From assembly GCA_963730935.1 (NCBI GenBank), contig CAVSTP010000002.1, positions 640,001-704,000 on the forward strand: 64,000 bases of DNA. The letters are read 5' to 3'. The notes under the pieces were generated by a model. It did not search any database. It was given only the letters and a program-made list of their open reading frames with translations, and was not told the DNA's origin. Source of the stretch: an uncultured Nitrospiraceae bacterium (lineage in GTDB: Bacteria; Nitrospirota; Nitrospiria; Nitrospirales; Nitrospiraceae). The position numbers and the translations under genes are program-made. Within the stretch, counting starts at the first letter, position 1; each line of letters starts with the position of its first letter. Positions 1 through 10,000 of this stretch are shown in pieces.

Positions 1-456
1 AAAAAGTGGCCGTCTGGTGCACTGCGGTCTATTATCTTGCGACTAAACCGCTTTCATCACGGTCGAACGAATCCTCGATCTTTCGAATATATGAAAGAGG
101 TAGTTAATACCAGTCTTGGAAGTAGTGGATCGGCACCTGTGAATGATCTAGCGATTCTTCCTCCATTCGATAAGTTCGAACAAATCATTTTACTCTGGCC
201 GGACGGTAATGGTATGGGCTGGTTCGGCATCGAGCGGAAAGTATTTAGAGCGAAAAATGCCAATGCTCGGGTATATGTTCTGAACGGACGCAAGCGTTTG
301 TTTGAGCTCCAGCGGAGGCTTTGGCGAAGGTACAAACTAAGAAGGTTTCTGGAGAAAAGTTTTCTACTGGAAAGCGGCCTCTTAGTCGTGTTTTTGCTGA
401 CTGCTCCCGTACTCGCTCTCTGGGATCTTGCGTTTGGTGCCGACAGCAAGGCGTGA
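1..456 (+). CDS. Hypothetical protein, 5'-truncated by the window edge, with C-terminal hydrophobic segment
   Basis: Frame is open from base 1 to the stop at 456 and abuts the methyltransferase start. Confidence 0.6.
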   Translation, partial: KKWPSGALRSIILRLNRFHHGRTNPRSFEYMKEVVNTSLGSSGSAPVNDLAILPPFDKFEQIILLWPDGNGMGWFGIERKVFRAKNANARVYVLNGRKRLFELQRRLWRRYKLRRFLEKSFLLESGLLVVFLLTAPVLALWDLAFGADSKA

Positions 457-1365
457 GTGATGGCTGATACAGACAAGGGCAGGATCCGGAATTGGTGGGC
501 CCACCACCCGATGACTTATGGCGTACTACACGGAGAGCCGGTCTATCGCACAGAGAAAGGGGACTTGCTTACGGTAGAGTTTGGCAGTCGGGAATTTTTT
601 GAGCAGTTAGACAAGACCCTTTACAATAATTATCCTGAATTTGCGACGTCAAATGGATTTCTGGGTGCATTGTTTCCTTACGAGCGTTACAGGGGAAAGA
701 AAGTGCTAGAGATTGGATGCGGCATGGGTACGATGATCATGAATTGGGCACAGCACGGGGCGGAAGTGACCGCAGTCGATCTCAATCCGGTAGCCATCGC
801 CCAAACCAGGCGACGGTTTGAGATATTTGGTCTGACCGGAACCATCCTAGAGATGGATGCCAACACGCTTCAGTTCGATGATTCATCCTTTGATTATGTC
901 TATTCCTGGGGGGTATTGCATCATTCTCCGAACCTGCAAAAATCCCTCTCGGAACTTTTGCGAGTACTTCGACCCAAAGGGGAATATGGAATCATGCTGT
1001 ACAACCGTGCATCGATCTATTCATGGTATCTGATTCGATATCTTGAAGGGTTTCTACATGGAGAATCCCGGTTTCTTGATCCTCTAGCTCTGGCAAGTCG
1101 TTACACGGATGGAGATAAGGAGGAGGGAAATCCGCATACGTGGCCAGTGACAAAACGAGAAATGAAAGCATTTCTGTCGCCGCAGTCCTCTCATATGAAG
1201 GCCATCGCATTAGGACCGGTGGACGCATTTCCACCGAAGGTTGCTTCATTTCTTCCCCAACGACTCCTACAAGCTTGGGTAAGGCGATGGGGCTGGGGTC
1301 TATATTTAACTGGCATCAAACGTCTCGGTTCCTCACCTGCCTCTGACACCTCTGTAAGCGCTTGA
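457..1365 (+). CDS. Class I SAM-dependent methyltransferase
   Basis: VLEIGCGMG motif I, VTAVDL, FDYVYSWGVLHH, LRVLRPKG. Confidence 0.92.
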   Translation: MMADTDKGRIRNWWAHHPMTYGVLHGEPVYRTEKGDLLTVEFGSREFFEQLDKTLYNNYPEFATSNGFLGALFPYERYRGKKVLEIGCGMGTMIMNWAQHGAEVTAVDLNPVAIAQTRRRFEIFGLTGTILEMDANTLQFDDSSFDYVYSWGVLHHSPNLQKSLSELLRVLRPKGEYGIMLYNRASIYSWYLIRYLEGFLHGESRFLDPLALASRYTDGDKEEGNPHTWPVTKREMKAFLSPQSSHMKAIALGPVDAFPPKVASFLPQRLLQAWVRRWGWGLYLTGIKRLGSSPASDTSVSA

Positions 1366-1742
1366 GATTCCAACCGGCGAGAACAAATCGCGTCCTATAG
1401 TCTCGGGAGCTGAAGCGTTTTCAAATCTCGCTACCGATAACTTACAGTATTTTCTGGTGTGTTCTTGGAAGTAGGAATGGAGACAAGTACAAATGAATCT
1501 AGCGGTGCTGAGCCAACGTTATCAAGACTGGCTCGATATCCTTTGATGTAACCATGAAAAAAACCAACCAATACAACAAGACGACCGTGACCAAGGCGCA
1601 TATCACGGTCATGGTCCAAAGCTGTGTTCGGTATGTCATGTCAGTACAGCGGAGCTAAGGCGGTCGTTCAGATGCTGGGAAGTAATGCCCTAAACAGAAA
1701 GCATGGCTGCCACGATGACGAGGCACGCCGGTGATAGGTTCG

Positions 1743-3617
1743 TCAGCGGCAGGCTGCGACCGATAGATGTTGCTTTGACCATAGTTGGAACTGGGCGATG
1801 TTGAACAAGGGCGTGGAAAGATCTTGGCCGCCGCCATGTTGCTGCTCAAGGTCTCTCCGTATTGTCGTGAGGTTGTAGAGACCCGACTCTCTCATGTCTC
1901 GGCTCGACAGTAGATCTTGAAATGGACCATAGAATGCCTCCGACATCCATCGTCTTGCCGGGACCGGAAATCCCATTTTGTCATAACGGGTTCTTACACT
2001 CTCAGGAATACTTCCCGTCATTGATTGCCGCAAAATATACTTGTTCCAGGGGCCTTTCATTTTCCATTCTGAGGAAAGGTTGAAAACCAAAGTCACGAGA
2101 CGATGGTCGAGGAATGGCAATCTCGTCTCTATCCCGTGCGCCATCGAATTGCGATCTTCAATCCTTAGATATAGGGGGAGTGGTTCCCTGCTCACGGCCA
2201 CTTTGAGCGCGTCCTCAAGACAATGAATTTTTGTCGGCTTTTCTATTTTTAGGTGCGCCAGCAGTTCTGAGGTAAACCAGCGCCGTGAATTCAGTGTGGT
2301 GCGGTACTTCCAAGCCGAAGCCCGTCTGTAAATCGGCTGACGTGAAAGCCCGATCTTCAACACGGATACCATCGTATTGAAAAACAACATGTATGGGTTC
2401 AAACCCAAATGGAATCCGTGCTCCTTGTGCTCGTTCCACGCTCGAGACAGCTCTCCTCTTTGCAGCATTCTGTCCCAATGCACGCGAAAATAGGAGTGGT
2501 AGCCACCGATCGTCTCATCTGCTCCCTGCCCGTTCAGGACGACCTTCACTCCTGTTTTTGCGGCCAAGCTCATGAGTTCGAATCCAACAAGCGCGGTCAT
2601 ACTATGGATCGGTTCGTCGTGATGCCAGAGGACCTTCTCAAGCTTGCCTAGAAGAAGCCCGGGGGTGACAACCAGCTCGTTTAGATGTGCTCCGGTAAAC
2701 TTGATCGTGTCGGCAATGTATTGAGATTCGTTGTATTCGTCCGCCATGTACGAGAATGCTTCTACTGGTGTTGAGCTTCCCTTGGCTCTCGTCATGCTGC
2801 AAATAATTGACGTGGAGTCCATTCCGCCAGATAAGCATACTCCTATAGGAACATCGCTCCGCATGCGGAGGCGTACAGACTCCTCGAACAGTTCCTTGAA
2901 GGCTTCACAAGGATGCTTCACCTTAGCCGGCGCAATGTCATCGAGAGACCAGTACGACCACCGCTTCTGCCGGCCGTCCAAATAGAGCTCGAACGCGGAC
3001 CCTGCAGGCACTTGTTCGATCTCTGCATAAAAGGTCTGATTGTCAACATCCATGCGGTCTTCAATGAAGAACCGTGCTGCTACTTCCCAATTGATTTTGG
3101 CTTGATAATATCCGGAATTCACGATGGCCTTGATTTCCGACGCGAACACAAAGAGATTTTCCGTAGAATACCAATACAAAGGTTTCTCACCAAACCGGTC
3201 TCGGGATCCAAATATCTTTTTCTCCGTGACGTCATAGATGAGAAATGCCCACATTCCGTTAAACTTTGAGACACACGCTGTTCCCCATTCACGATACGCC
3301 GCAAGCAAGACCTCGGTATCTCCGGTCGATTCGAAGGTATGACCTCGTGCGGCGAGCTCGGCTCGAAGCTCGACATAGTTGTAGATCATGCCATTGAAGA
3401 CCAGGATGGCTTTCCCGTCGCGACTGATCTTGGGTTGATGACCGCTCGGAGAAGGATCTAGGATTGAAAGTCTTCGGAATCCGAAGCCGACGGAGCCTCG
3501 GATATAGGTTCCCGTATTGTCGGGTCCTCGATGTTGCAGACTAAATGACATGCGTTCGAGGGCATCCGCATCGACTCTTCGACCTTCCAGTCCGATAAGC
3601 GCAGCGATACCGCACAT
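1743..3617 (-). CDS. asnB: Asparagine synthase (glutamine-hydrolysing) family amidotransferase
   Basis: N-terminal MCGIA (ATG at 3617), HRGPD, FNGMIYNY, RDRFGEKPLY, LSGGMDS, GQGADE, RLPFLD. Confidence 0.95.
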   Translation of the reverse strand: MCGIAALIGLEGRRVDADALERMSFSLQHRGPDNTGTYIRGSVGFGFRRLSILDPSPSGHQPKISRDGKAILVFNGMIYNYVELRAELAARGHTFESTGDTEVLLAAYREWGTACVSKFNGMWAFLIYDVTEKKIFGSRDRFGEKPLYWYSTENLFVFASEIKAIVNSGYYQAKINWEVAARFFIEDRMDVDNQTFYAEIEQVPAGSAFELYLDGRQKRWSYWSLDDIAPAKVKHPCEAFKELFEESVRLRMRSDVPIGVCLSGGMDSTSIICSMTRAKGSSTPVEAFSYMADEYNESQYIADTIKFTGAHLNELVVTPGLLLGKLEKVLWHHDEPIHSMTALVGFELMSLAAKTGVKVVLNGQGADETIGGYHSYFRVHWDRMLQRGELSRAWNEHKEHGFHLGLNPYMLFFNTMVSVLKIGLSRQPIYRRASAWKYRTTLNSRRWFTSELLAHLKIEKPTKIHCLEDALKVAVSREPLPLYLRIEDRNSMAHGIETRLPFLDHRLVTLVFNLSSEWKMKGPWNKYILRQSMTGSIPESVRTRYDKMGFPVPARRWMSEAFYGPFQDLLSSRDMRESGLYNLTTIRRDLEQQHGGGQDLSTPLFNIAQFQLWSKQHLSVAACR

Positions 3618-3875
3618 CCGTCGATCATCCTTCGTCCGACAAGGGTAACACGTAAGTGCAGGACTGGCAGTATAGGTCATGATTAGAAGCGTTTTATAGT
3701 CGATGCTTGCCCTTAGCAAAATATATGTACATTGCTCTGCCAACGCCTGCTTGCGATCTAGCTGGGTGTCCTTTTCGGCGTGTTTCCTTCTTTGGGGAAA
3801 AAGGCTGGAATCGGAAGGGCGGGCCCCCCGGGTGGCGGAGAGCGGATGCTCATGCGCGACCCCGTAGGCATCGAG

Positions 3876-4019
3876 TCAAAAAAATAAAACCACTGCACTG
3901 ACCAGTAACACAACAAGCAGCAGCGCAATGCAGATGGCAACGACGGTCATTGACAGATTTTCTGGCGATGCTCCTGCGCCATGCAGTTCCTCCACCATTT
4001 TCTTTGCCCAATTAATCAT
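3876..4019 (-). CDS. Small single-pass membrane protein (47 aa)
   Basis: GAGG RBS before MINWAKK; hydrophobic C-terminus VVAICIALLLVVLLVSAVVLFF. Confidence 0.4.
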   Translation of the reverse strand: MINWAKKMVEELHGAGASPENLSMTVVAICIALLLVVLLVSAVVLFF

Positions 4020-4194
4020 GGCCACCTCGGATACAGCAGGATGTCTATTCCACCTTGGTCCCGTTTGAGGTCGGTGTGATACATACATCTAACCCGCCCG
4101 CTGAACAAGGTCCTAGCTTTAGTCCGGATTCTTGATCTGCGCTCGTCTAGGAATGCTTCAGTCGATCCTCTAGGAATACTTCCAGGTGCTATGA

Positions 4195-4482
4195 ATGGCG
4201 TTGAACTCTACAATTATGTTCAGCATGGCTAAGGTCCTTCTCGTTCCAATTAGCTGCTATAACTGCGGCCTCCGCTCCTGCGTAAGGTTGTCTCGCAAAA
4301 ACTTAAAAGATGTTTTCATGAGGGTGCTGAGGTGGCACCCGTGGTGGTGTACTGCCTGCGGAACACGCTTCTATCTGCGGCGTAAGGTAGCGGATGATCC
4401 ACAGGCGCTCGTCGGTCCTATGGTGAAACTGGATAGCATGACCGGTGCACACCGGAGTAGAAAACCGCCGGCGGGCCTTTAG
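4195..4482 (+). CDS. Small zinc-ribbon-like protein
   Basis: CYNCG...PWWCTACGTRFY, two CxxC pairs. Confidence 0.55.
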   Translation: MALNSTIMFSMAKVLLVPISCYNCGLRSCVRLSRKNLKDVFMRVLRWHPWWCTACGTRFYLRRKVADDPQALVGPMVKLDSMTGAHRSRKPPAGL

Positions 4483-4653
4483 TGTTCATCGAGAAACAGG
4501 TCTCGGTTCTCCATCACGATATCCCACCACGTGCAGCCCATCTCCTCAGCGATATGCTCAATGTGCGATTTGCGTTCTGGTCCCATTCATCCCTCCACTT
4601 ACTAAAAACCAATTCTGGAGAGATAAGTCCGAATCTTGGTTTTGTTGCATCTT

Positions 4654-4825
4654 CTAGATCTCGGCCCTCAGTAGGTCGGTAAAAGCTTGAACTGTCAACG
4701 GCGCGTTGCCCTCCAACCGATTGTTCACTAGCACATAGGCCCGTCGGTTATGCCCGATTGCATTCTTTATGAGCACGACCGCTTCCTTTCGCATGTCAGG
4801 TAGTTCGCCCACAATCTTGTCAATC
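4654..4825 (-). pseudogene. C-terminal fragment of a DUF72-family protein
   Basis: RRAYVLVNNRLEGNAPLT resembles the DUF72 C-terminal motif; no N-terminal part present. Confidence 0.6.
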
Positions 4826-4994
4826 TTGTCATTGCTTGGGCGAATTATGTACCGCCCTGGCTTAACTCCTATTTGCTCCCTCACTTGACAGTTACTTGAC
4901 AATGAACCCCTAGCGGTCACGGGACCAGATTTGTCTGGTGGTTAGAAAAAGCCATTGAATGCTGTAAGTAGTTGATAGGAACAGGATTGGTGGT

Positions 4995-5052
4995 TGGTGC
5001 CGAAGCCGGGATTTGAACCCGGACACCCTTGCGGGCGCTAGACCCTGAATCT
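4995..5052 (-). repeat. Distal att site: 58-bp duplicate of the 3' part of tRNA-Leu(CAG)
   Basis: TGGTGCCGAAGCC...CCCTGAATCT is identical to 22104-22161; the 5' part of the tRNA is absent here. Confidence 0.95.
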
Positions 5053-5179
5053 GATTAAAGGGATTGCTCAAGTCCTTGGTGGCTTGGGCAATCCCCTTGT
5101 TATTCGTGGTCTCCAGAATGATCGGCTCATCAGTTTTCGTCGGGTCTCGTCGGGGCCTTTCCAGTTACTTGGTGGCGTA

Positions 5180-5201
5180 GTCTAACACCTGTCTAACACC
5201 T
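5180..5201 (+). promoter_or_regulatory. Putative integrase arm-type binding sites
   Basis: GTCTAACACCT x2 in tandem; similar CTTAACACT/TCTAACACT pair at 22012-22031 near the other att. Confidence 0.65.
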
Positions 5202-5525
5202 GCAATCAGACAGAGGTTTCCAATACTGAACGGCTCGTCTAAGATTTTCAATCCACGACTCGATACAGATTGGCAGGAGAAAGCATATTACCAGAAAATC
5301 GTCGTTGGGCACCCCCCCCATAGGCCCGTTTGGGTCCCCTCCAATGGGTCCCATTGCCAGCCGGTACCATGACGGGGGTCGCTCATCTATTTCTTGCAAA
5401 TGGTACGCAGGAAGCGGAGGGGGTGGCGAGATTTGGATGAATTTGAGGGAGAGGGACACCCTATCAAACACGATCCGGCACGCTGGTTCCGCTACAGTTT
5501 AGCTTCATCTGAGGGAGGACGACGC

Positions 5526-5670
5526 CCCGCTGATTAAGAGTACCGTCGAAACCCTACCTCAGGACATCCGCAAGAGAAATCATCAGCAAAAGGCGAGGAT
5601 TCGTGATGGCACAGATCATCCTGGCTCATGGTGTGTCAGGGTGTTTTGGCACCAGCATGGCACCACAGCG
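5526..5670. repeat. ~145-bp non-coding element, copy 1 (copy 2 at 42389-42533)
   Basis: Shared blocks TGATTAAGAGT, CTCAGGACA, TCGTGATGGCACAGATCA, TCATGGTGTGTCAGG, TGTTTTG(G/A)CACCAGC. Confidence 0.85.
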
Positions 5671-5867
5671 CGAGGAACATCGAGCACGATTAGAAGATGA
5701 ACCGCGGTTTAGGAATTTCAGACAGCCCAAGCCCTCAGACAACAAGCAGTGGTTTCACTGGTATTTAGGATAGTTGACTGTGTAGATCTGCCGTGCGATA
5801 AGACTTCCAAGAGTAAGATAAAATTGGACAAAGTTTGGCCTGGTTGAAAACAACCGGATTACGATTT

Positions 5868-7148
5868 ATGTCCGACGAACGCGAGAGTTCTAGCCGTCCG
5901 ACGCTTCGTGGAGACGACGTTCTGCGGAGTGCGAACGAACAACTCACCCTGAGGGCGCTTCAGACGCAAGAGAAGCAAGAGGAGGCTGAACAGCGATGCA
6001 GTGACCTGCGCGAGTTGAACGAAGAATTAAGGAAGAAGCAGCGGCAATTGCAATCGCTGACCTCGGCGCTGGCGTTGACCGAACAACGCGAGCGCAAGCG
6101 TCTGGCCACGGAACTGCACGACTATCTGGCTCAAATGATGGTGGTGGGACGATTAAAGATCGGGCAAGCACGTCCTCGGATGGAGACAGTGGATCCGTCG
6201 CTCTGTCATATGATGAAGGACCTTGATGACATCTTCACCAAATCCCTTTCGTACACCCGGACACTCATGGCTGAATTAAGTCCACCGATGTTGTCTGAAT
6301 TGGGCTTGCCATCGACCCTCAAATGGTTGGCAGAGCAAATGCCTAAACAGCACCAAATGACGGTCGAGGTCATCATTGCACAGGAGCACATTCCCCTGTC
6401 GGAGGACCAGGCGTTGCTCCTTTACCAGTCCGTCCGGGAACTGTTGATCAATGTGGCGAAACATGCTCACACGTCTCATGCCACGGTGGCACTCACCATC
6501 GAACCGAACGATCAGTTGTGTATTGTGGTTCGGGACGACGGTCAAGGCTTTACACCGTCTCTTGTTGAGGCCAAGTCGGCAGAGCACTTCGGACTCTTTA
6601 GCATCAAGGAACGCATGGAGGCGATGGGCGGCTGGTTTCGAATGGACAGTGCTCCGGACCAAGGCGCGACGATGACCATCGCGTTGCCGTTAGGAGCGGC
6701 GCTGCGGTCGCCCGCGGGGCCCGCGGTAACCATGCAAAGCCGGAAAGAAGTCCTCTCGAACCAGAATGGGGCCAGCGTGCACCGGTTGTTGCTGGTGGAC
6801 GACCACCTAATGGTCCGTCAAGGTCTACGCGCGATTCTGGAAGGGTACCCGGCTGTATCGGTCGTCGGAGAGGCCACGAATGGAGTGGAGGCAGTGGCTA
6901 TGGCCAATGCACTCAACCCCACCGTTATCCTGATGGACATCAATATGCCGGAGATGGACGGCATCGAAGCGTCCAAATTAATCAAGGCGGTGCATCCATC
7001 GACCATCATCATCGGCCTTTCCGTGAATAGTTCCGCCCAGATGGTCGAGGCCATGAAGAAGGCCGGCGCCGTCGGGTTTGTCTCCAAAGACGCCGCCGCA
7101 GAAACATTGTACGAGACCATTACGACCTGCCATCCGCTTCTCCACTAG
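5868..7148 (+). CDS. Hybrid histidine kinase (HisKA_3 + HATPase + receiver)
   Basis: ERKRLATELHD H-box, ELLINVAKHA, DDGQGF, HFGLFSIKER; receiver LLVDDH...ILMDINMPEMDG. Confidence 0.92.
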   Translation: MSDERESSSRPTLRGDDVLRSANEQLTLRALQTQEKQEEAEQRCSDLRELNEELRKKQRQLQSLTSALALTEQRERKRLATELHDYLAQMMVVGRLKIGQARPRMETVDPSLCHMMKDLDDIFTKSLSYTRTLMAELSPPMLSELGLPSTLKWLAEQMPKQHQMTVEVIIAQEHIPLSEDQALLLYQSVRELLINVAKHAHTSHATVALTIEPNDQLCIVVRDDGQGFTPSLVEAKSAEHFGLFSIKERMEAMGGWFRMDSAPDQGATMTIALPLGAALRSPAGPAVTMQSRKEVLSNQNGASVHRLLLVDDHLMVRQGLRAILEGYPAVSVVGEATNGVEAVAMANALNPTVILMDINMPEMDGIEASKLIKAVHPSTIIIGLSVNSSAQMVEAMKKAGAVGFVSKDAAAETLYETITTCHPLLH

Positions 7149-7244
7149 GCACATCGTTGCTCCCCTTCGCCCTCCCGTCCGTGGTTCGGTCTATCTGGAA
7201 AGATTAGGACGCGCAGTCCTGACGAAGCCACCGTGGTCTTCGAT

Positions 7245-8474
7245 TCAGCTGACGCCGAGCGGCAGCGTCAACGTGGCCGTGGTGCCCTGGCCGGGAGCCG
7301 ACACCAGGTCAAAGCGGCCGTTCAATGTATGCATGCGTTCTCGAATACTGAACAGACCAAATCCCGACGTGGTGGCGGTGGCCCTACCAGCACTAGCAAG
7401 ATCACAGCCACATCCCTCATCCCGTACTTCGAGACACACATGGCCGGCTCCATAGCGAAGCCTCACCGTGGCCCGATCGGTCCGAGCGTGTTTGGAAATA
7501 TTGATCAACAGTTCACGAACAGATTGGTAGAGCAGCAACTTCTGCTCCTCCGGAATCGACAGGTCCGGGGATTCCGACACCTCGATCGTAACCGCCAGAC
7601 CGTACTGCTGCATCTGCTCGGCAAGCCAGCGTAATGCCGGGAGCATACCGGACTCGCGCAGTGCGGGCGGATTGAGATCGTCAATCAACGTTCGGATGTA
7701 GGCCAGCGACTTCGTGAGCACCTCTTCCGTTTGCTGGATGAGCCCGGCGCATTCGGGGATGAGTCCGCTGGTGTGCTTGGCCTGTCCCAGCTTCAACCGG
7801 CCTAAGACCAGCAATTGCGCGAGATGATCGTGTAGGACCGTCGCCAGTTTCGCGCGTTCCCGGTGTTCAGTCAGATTTAACCTGGTCGCCATCGCCCCCA
7901 ATTGTTTCCGGTCAGCCAGCAATTCCGCCGTTTGCTGCGTGACCAGCGTCTGAAGTGCCTCCGCTCGTATGGTATCATTGATATCGAGCAGCAACCCGCG
8001 GTACCGGGATCGTAGCTGCCTGTCCCGCCAAAAGTGTGCGATCATGGCCATCCAGAATAGGCGCCCGTCGGCGGCCACGCTCCGAAATTCCACTCGAAAA
8101 TCTCGCTGCTCTTTCGCAGCCAGCAAGCACTGGGTAGCGACAGTCGAACGGTCATCCGCATGGATCAAGTCCATCCAGAAGTTCGGCTCTGCCAGCCACC
8201 GTTCGACCGGATAACCGAAAATGACCTGGGCCCGTTGGCTGAGGAAGGTATATTGCCAGGGATCGGCCTCCGCCTCCCAGACGATTGCGTGCAATCCTTC
8301 CACCAGATCGCGATAGCGATCGGTACTCTCCTCGGCCTGTTCCTGGGCGTCGAGCGCCGCCAGCGTCAGCTGCGCGTTGGCCTCTTTGAGTTGGAACCGC
8401 GATGCGGGTCGGTCGGCAGGCCTGTTCGCCCGCCGGGCGTCTGTCGGCTTCTCCCCGTGTTCCATCGTTCCCAT
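7245..8474 (-). CDS. PAS-domain histidine kinase (HisKA_3)
   Basis: PAS (IVWEA...FWMDLIHADD...EFR), ERAKLATVLHD, ELLINISKHA, DEGCG, GFGLFSIRER. Confidence 0.92.
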   Translation of the reverse strand: MGTMEHGEKPTDARRANRPADRPASRFQLKEANAQLTLAALDAQEQAEESTDRYRDLVEGLHAIVWEAEADPWQYTFLSQRAQVIFGYPVERWLAEPNFWMDLIHADDRSTVATQCLLAAKEQRDFRVEFRSVAADGRLFWMAMIAHFWRDRQLRSRYRGLLLDINDTIRAEALQTLVTQQTAELLADRKQLGAMATRLNLTEHRERAKLATVLHDHLAQLLVLGRLKLGQAKHTSGLIPECAGLIQQTEEVLTKSLAYIRTLIDDLNPPALRESGMLPALRWLAEQMQQYGLAVTIEVSESPDLSIPEEQKLLLYQSVRELLINISKHARTDRATVRLRYGAGHVCLEVRDEGCGCDLASAGRATATTSGFGLFSIRERMHTLNGRFDLVSAPGQGTTATLTLPLGVS

Positions 8475-8494
8475 CCTTCTTTGCTCGGGGGTCG

Positions 8495-10000
8495 TTAGAC
8501 CTTCTTGGGCGCTGGGCTCTTCTGTCGTTTCGGGGTTCCCGTCATCAATCCTTCATATCCATGGAGCCCCTTGCCGATGACGAGGCCCTCATTGGTGATT
8601 TCATAGAGTCTGAGTTGCTTGCTATGTTGACTGCCACGCAATTTCACGACCGCGAGGACCCGTTTCAATTGGCCATCCAGTTCGACATAGCGCTGCAGAA
8701 TGATGCCGTCGGTTAAAAACGCCGTGCCATGGGGGCTGAACCGGAGATCGATGTACGAGTCCACCACTTCTACCGTCAAACACAACGTGATCCCCATAGC
8801 CGTGAGCATCGCGACCATGCGGTGGAGCGTTTCACGGAAGTCTTCGCGAAAGGCGGGCGCGAGCGCGAGTTCCAGACCAGAGAGGGAATCAATAACCACC
8901 CGTTTCACGCCATGGGCCAAGACCATCGTCCGCACTTCTTCCAGCGTTTCATCTAAGGAGAGGTCCAGCGGGCGCAGATACATGACGTGGAACAAGCCGC
9001 CGTCTTCCAGGTGCTGGGCGATGCCCAGAGGATTGGTCTTGAAATAGTCGGAGGGGCGTTTTTCGAACACCGCGAGGAGTCCCGGCTGACCCTGCCTGAC
9101 ACCGTCGAGCAGAAACTGCATCGACAGGATGGTCTTCCCGGACCCTGAGGGACCGGCCACCAACAGGGAGGAGCCGGTCGGGATGCCCCCCTCCATCATC
9201 GCATCGAGCCCCTGCACCCCGGTCGAGAGACGCTCGATCGGCGTGGAGGAGACACGGATCTTCTGCCGATCGAGGTCGCTAATTTCCTCTGGAATCGGCA
9301 GCCGTGGAAATACTTGCACGCCCTTTTCGGTGATGCGGAACGTGTGTAAGCCGGGCAACGGCGCTTGTCCACGGATCTTCACGACCTGCAGATTCCGCAC
9401 GATGGAACTTCGCTGAATACTCTGGTTGAGCCACAGGATGCCGTCGGCCACGGTGAAGATGGGATTATCATCCTTCTCGACGTCTTGGTATTCACCCACG
9501 AGGAAGGTCGTCGCCTGCCAGCTCGTGAGCTGCAGCGCAAGGCGCTGGACAAAGGCCTGGAGGTCCAGTTCGCCGCTCGGTTCAGGTCCCCGAGAGGCTC
9601 GGATCACTGAGCGGAACGAATCCACGATTACCAGTCTCGGATCGGCGGACTCGACTTCCGCAACGATCCGCTCCAACACCTTGCCAAGACCGGCTTCCAA
9701 GACATCGTTCGCAATGGAAAGAAAACGGATAGTGGAATTGACCTTGCCCGCATCGAAAAAGGTGAATTGTTGCTGATAGCGCAGCAGTTTGAGTGAAGGC
9801 TCACCGAGGACCGTCACGTACAAGGCTGGACGTTCGGGAGTCGCCAGGGCAAACGCGATCTGATGCACCAGGGTGGTCTTACCGGCGCCAGGCCCCCCTG
9901 CCAGAAGGTTGAAAGAATACTCAGGCAACCCCCCTCCCAGTACTTCATTGAGTCCTGGGACGCCGGTATCGAGCCTGACGATGGGTACCTTTTCGTTCAT
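8495..10000 (-). CDS. KaiC-like double-domain RecA-superfamily ATPase
   Basis: TGVPGL..GGGLP, Walker A GGPGAGKT and GPSGSGKT, Walker B IVDS and VIDS, VVKIRG and VVKLRGS motifs. Confidence 0.92.
   Translation of the reverse strand: MNEKVPIVRLDTGVPGLNEVLGGGLPEYSFNLLAGGPGAGKTTLVHQIAFALATPERPALYVTVLGEPSLKLLRYQQQFTFFDAGKVNSTIRFLSIANDVLEAGLGKVLERIVAEVESADPRLVIVDSFRSVIRASRGPEPSGELDLQAFVQRLALQLTSWQATTFLVGEYQDVEKDDNPIFTVADGILWLNQSIQRSSIVRNLQVVKIRGQAPLPGLHTFRITEKGVQVFPRLPIPEEISDLDRQKIRVSSTPIERLSTGVQGLDAMMEGGIPTGSSLLVAGPSGSGKTILSMQFLLDGVRQGQPGLLAVFEKRPSDYFKTNPLGIAQHLEDGGLFHVMYLRPLDLSLDETLEEVRTMVLAHGVKRVVIDSLSGLELALAPAFREDFRETLHRMVAMLTAMGITLCLTVEVVDSYIDLRFSPHGTAFLTDGIILQRYVELDGQLKRVLAVVKLRGSQHSKQLRLYEITNEGLVIGKGLHGYEGLMTGTPKRQKSPAPKKV

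Noticed and set aside
4995..5052. Second functional tRNA-Leu gene
   Set aside because: Lacks the 5' acceptor strand and D arm; it is the att duplicate
8495..10000. Bona fide circadian clock kaiC
   Set aside because: No kaiA or kaiB in the window; phosphosites and paired catalytic glutamates are not conserved
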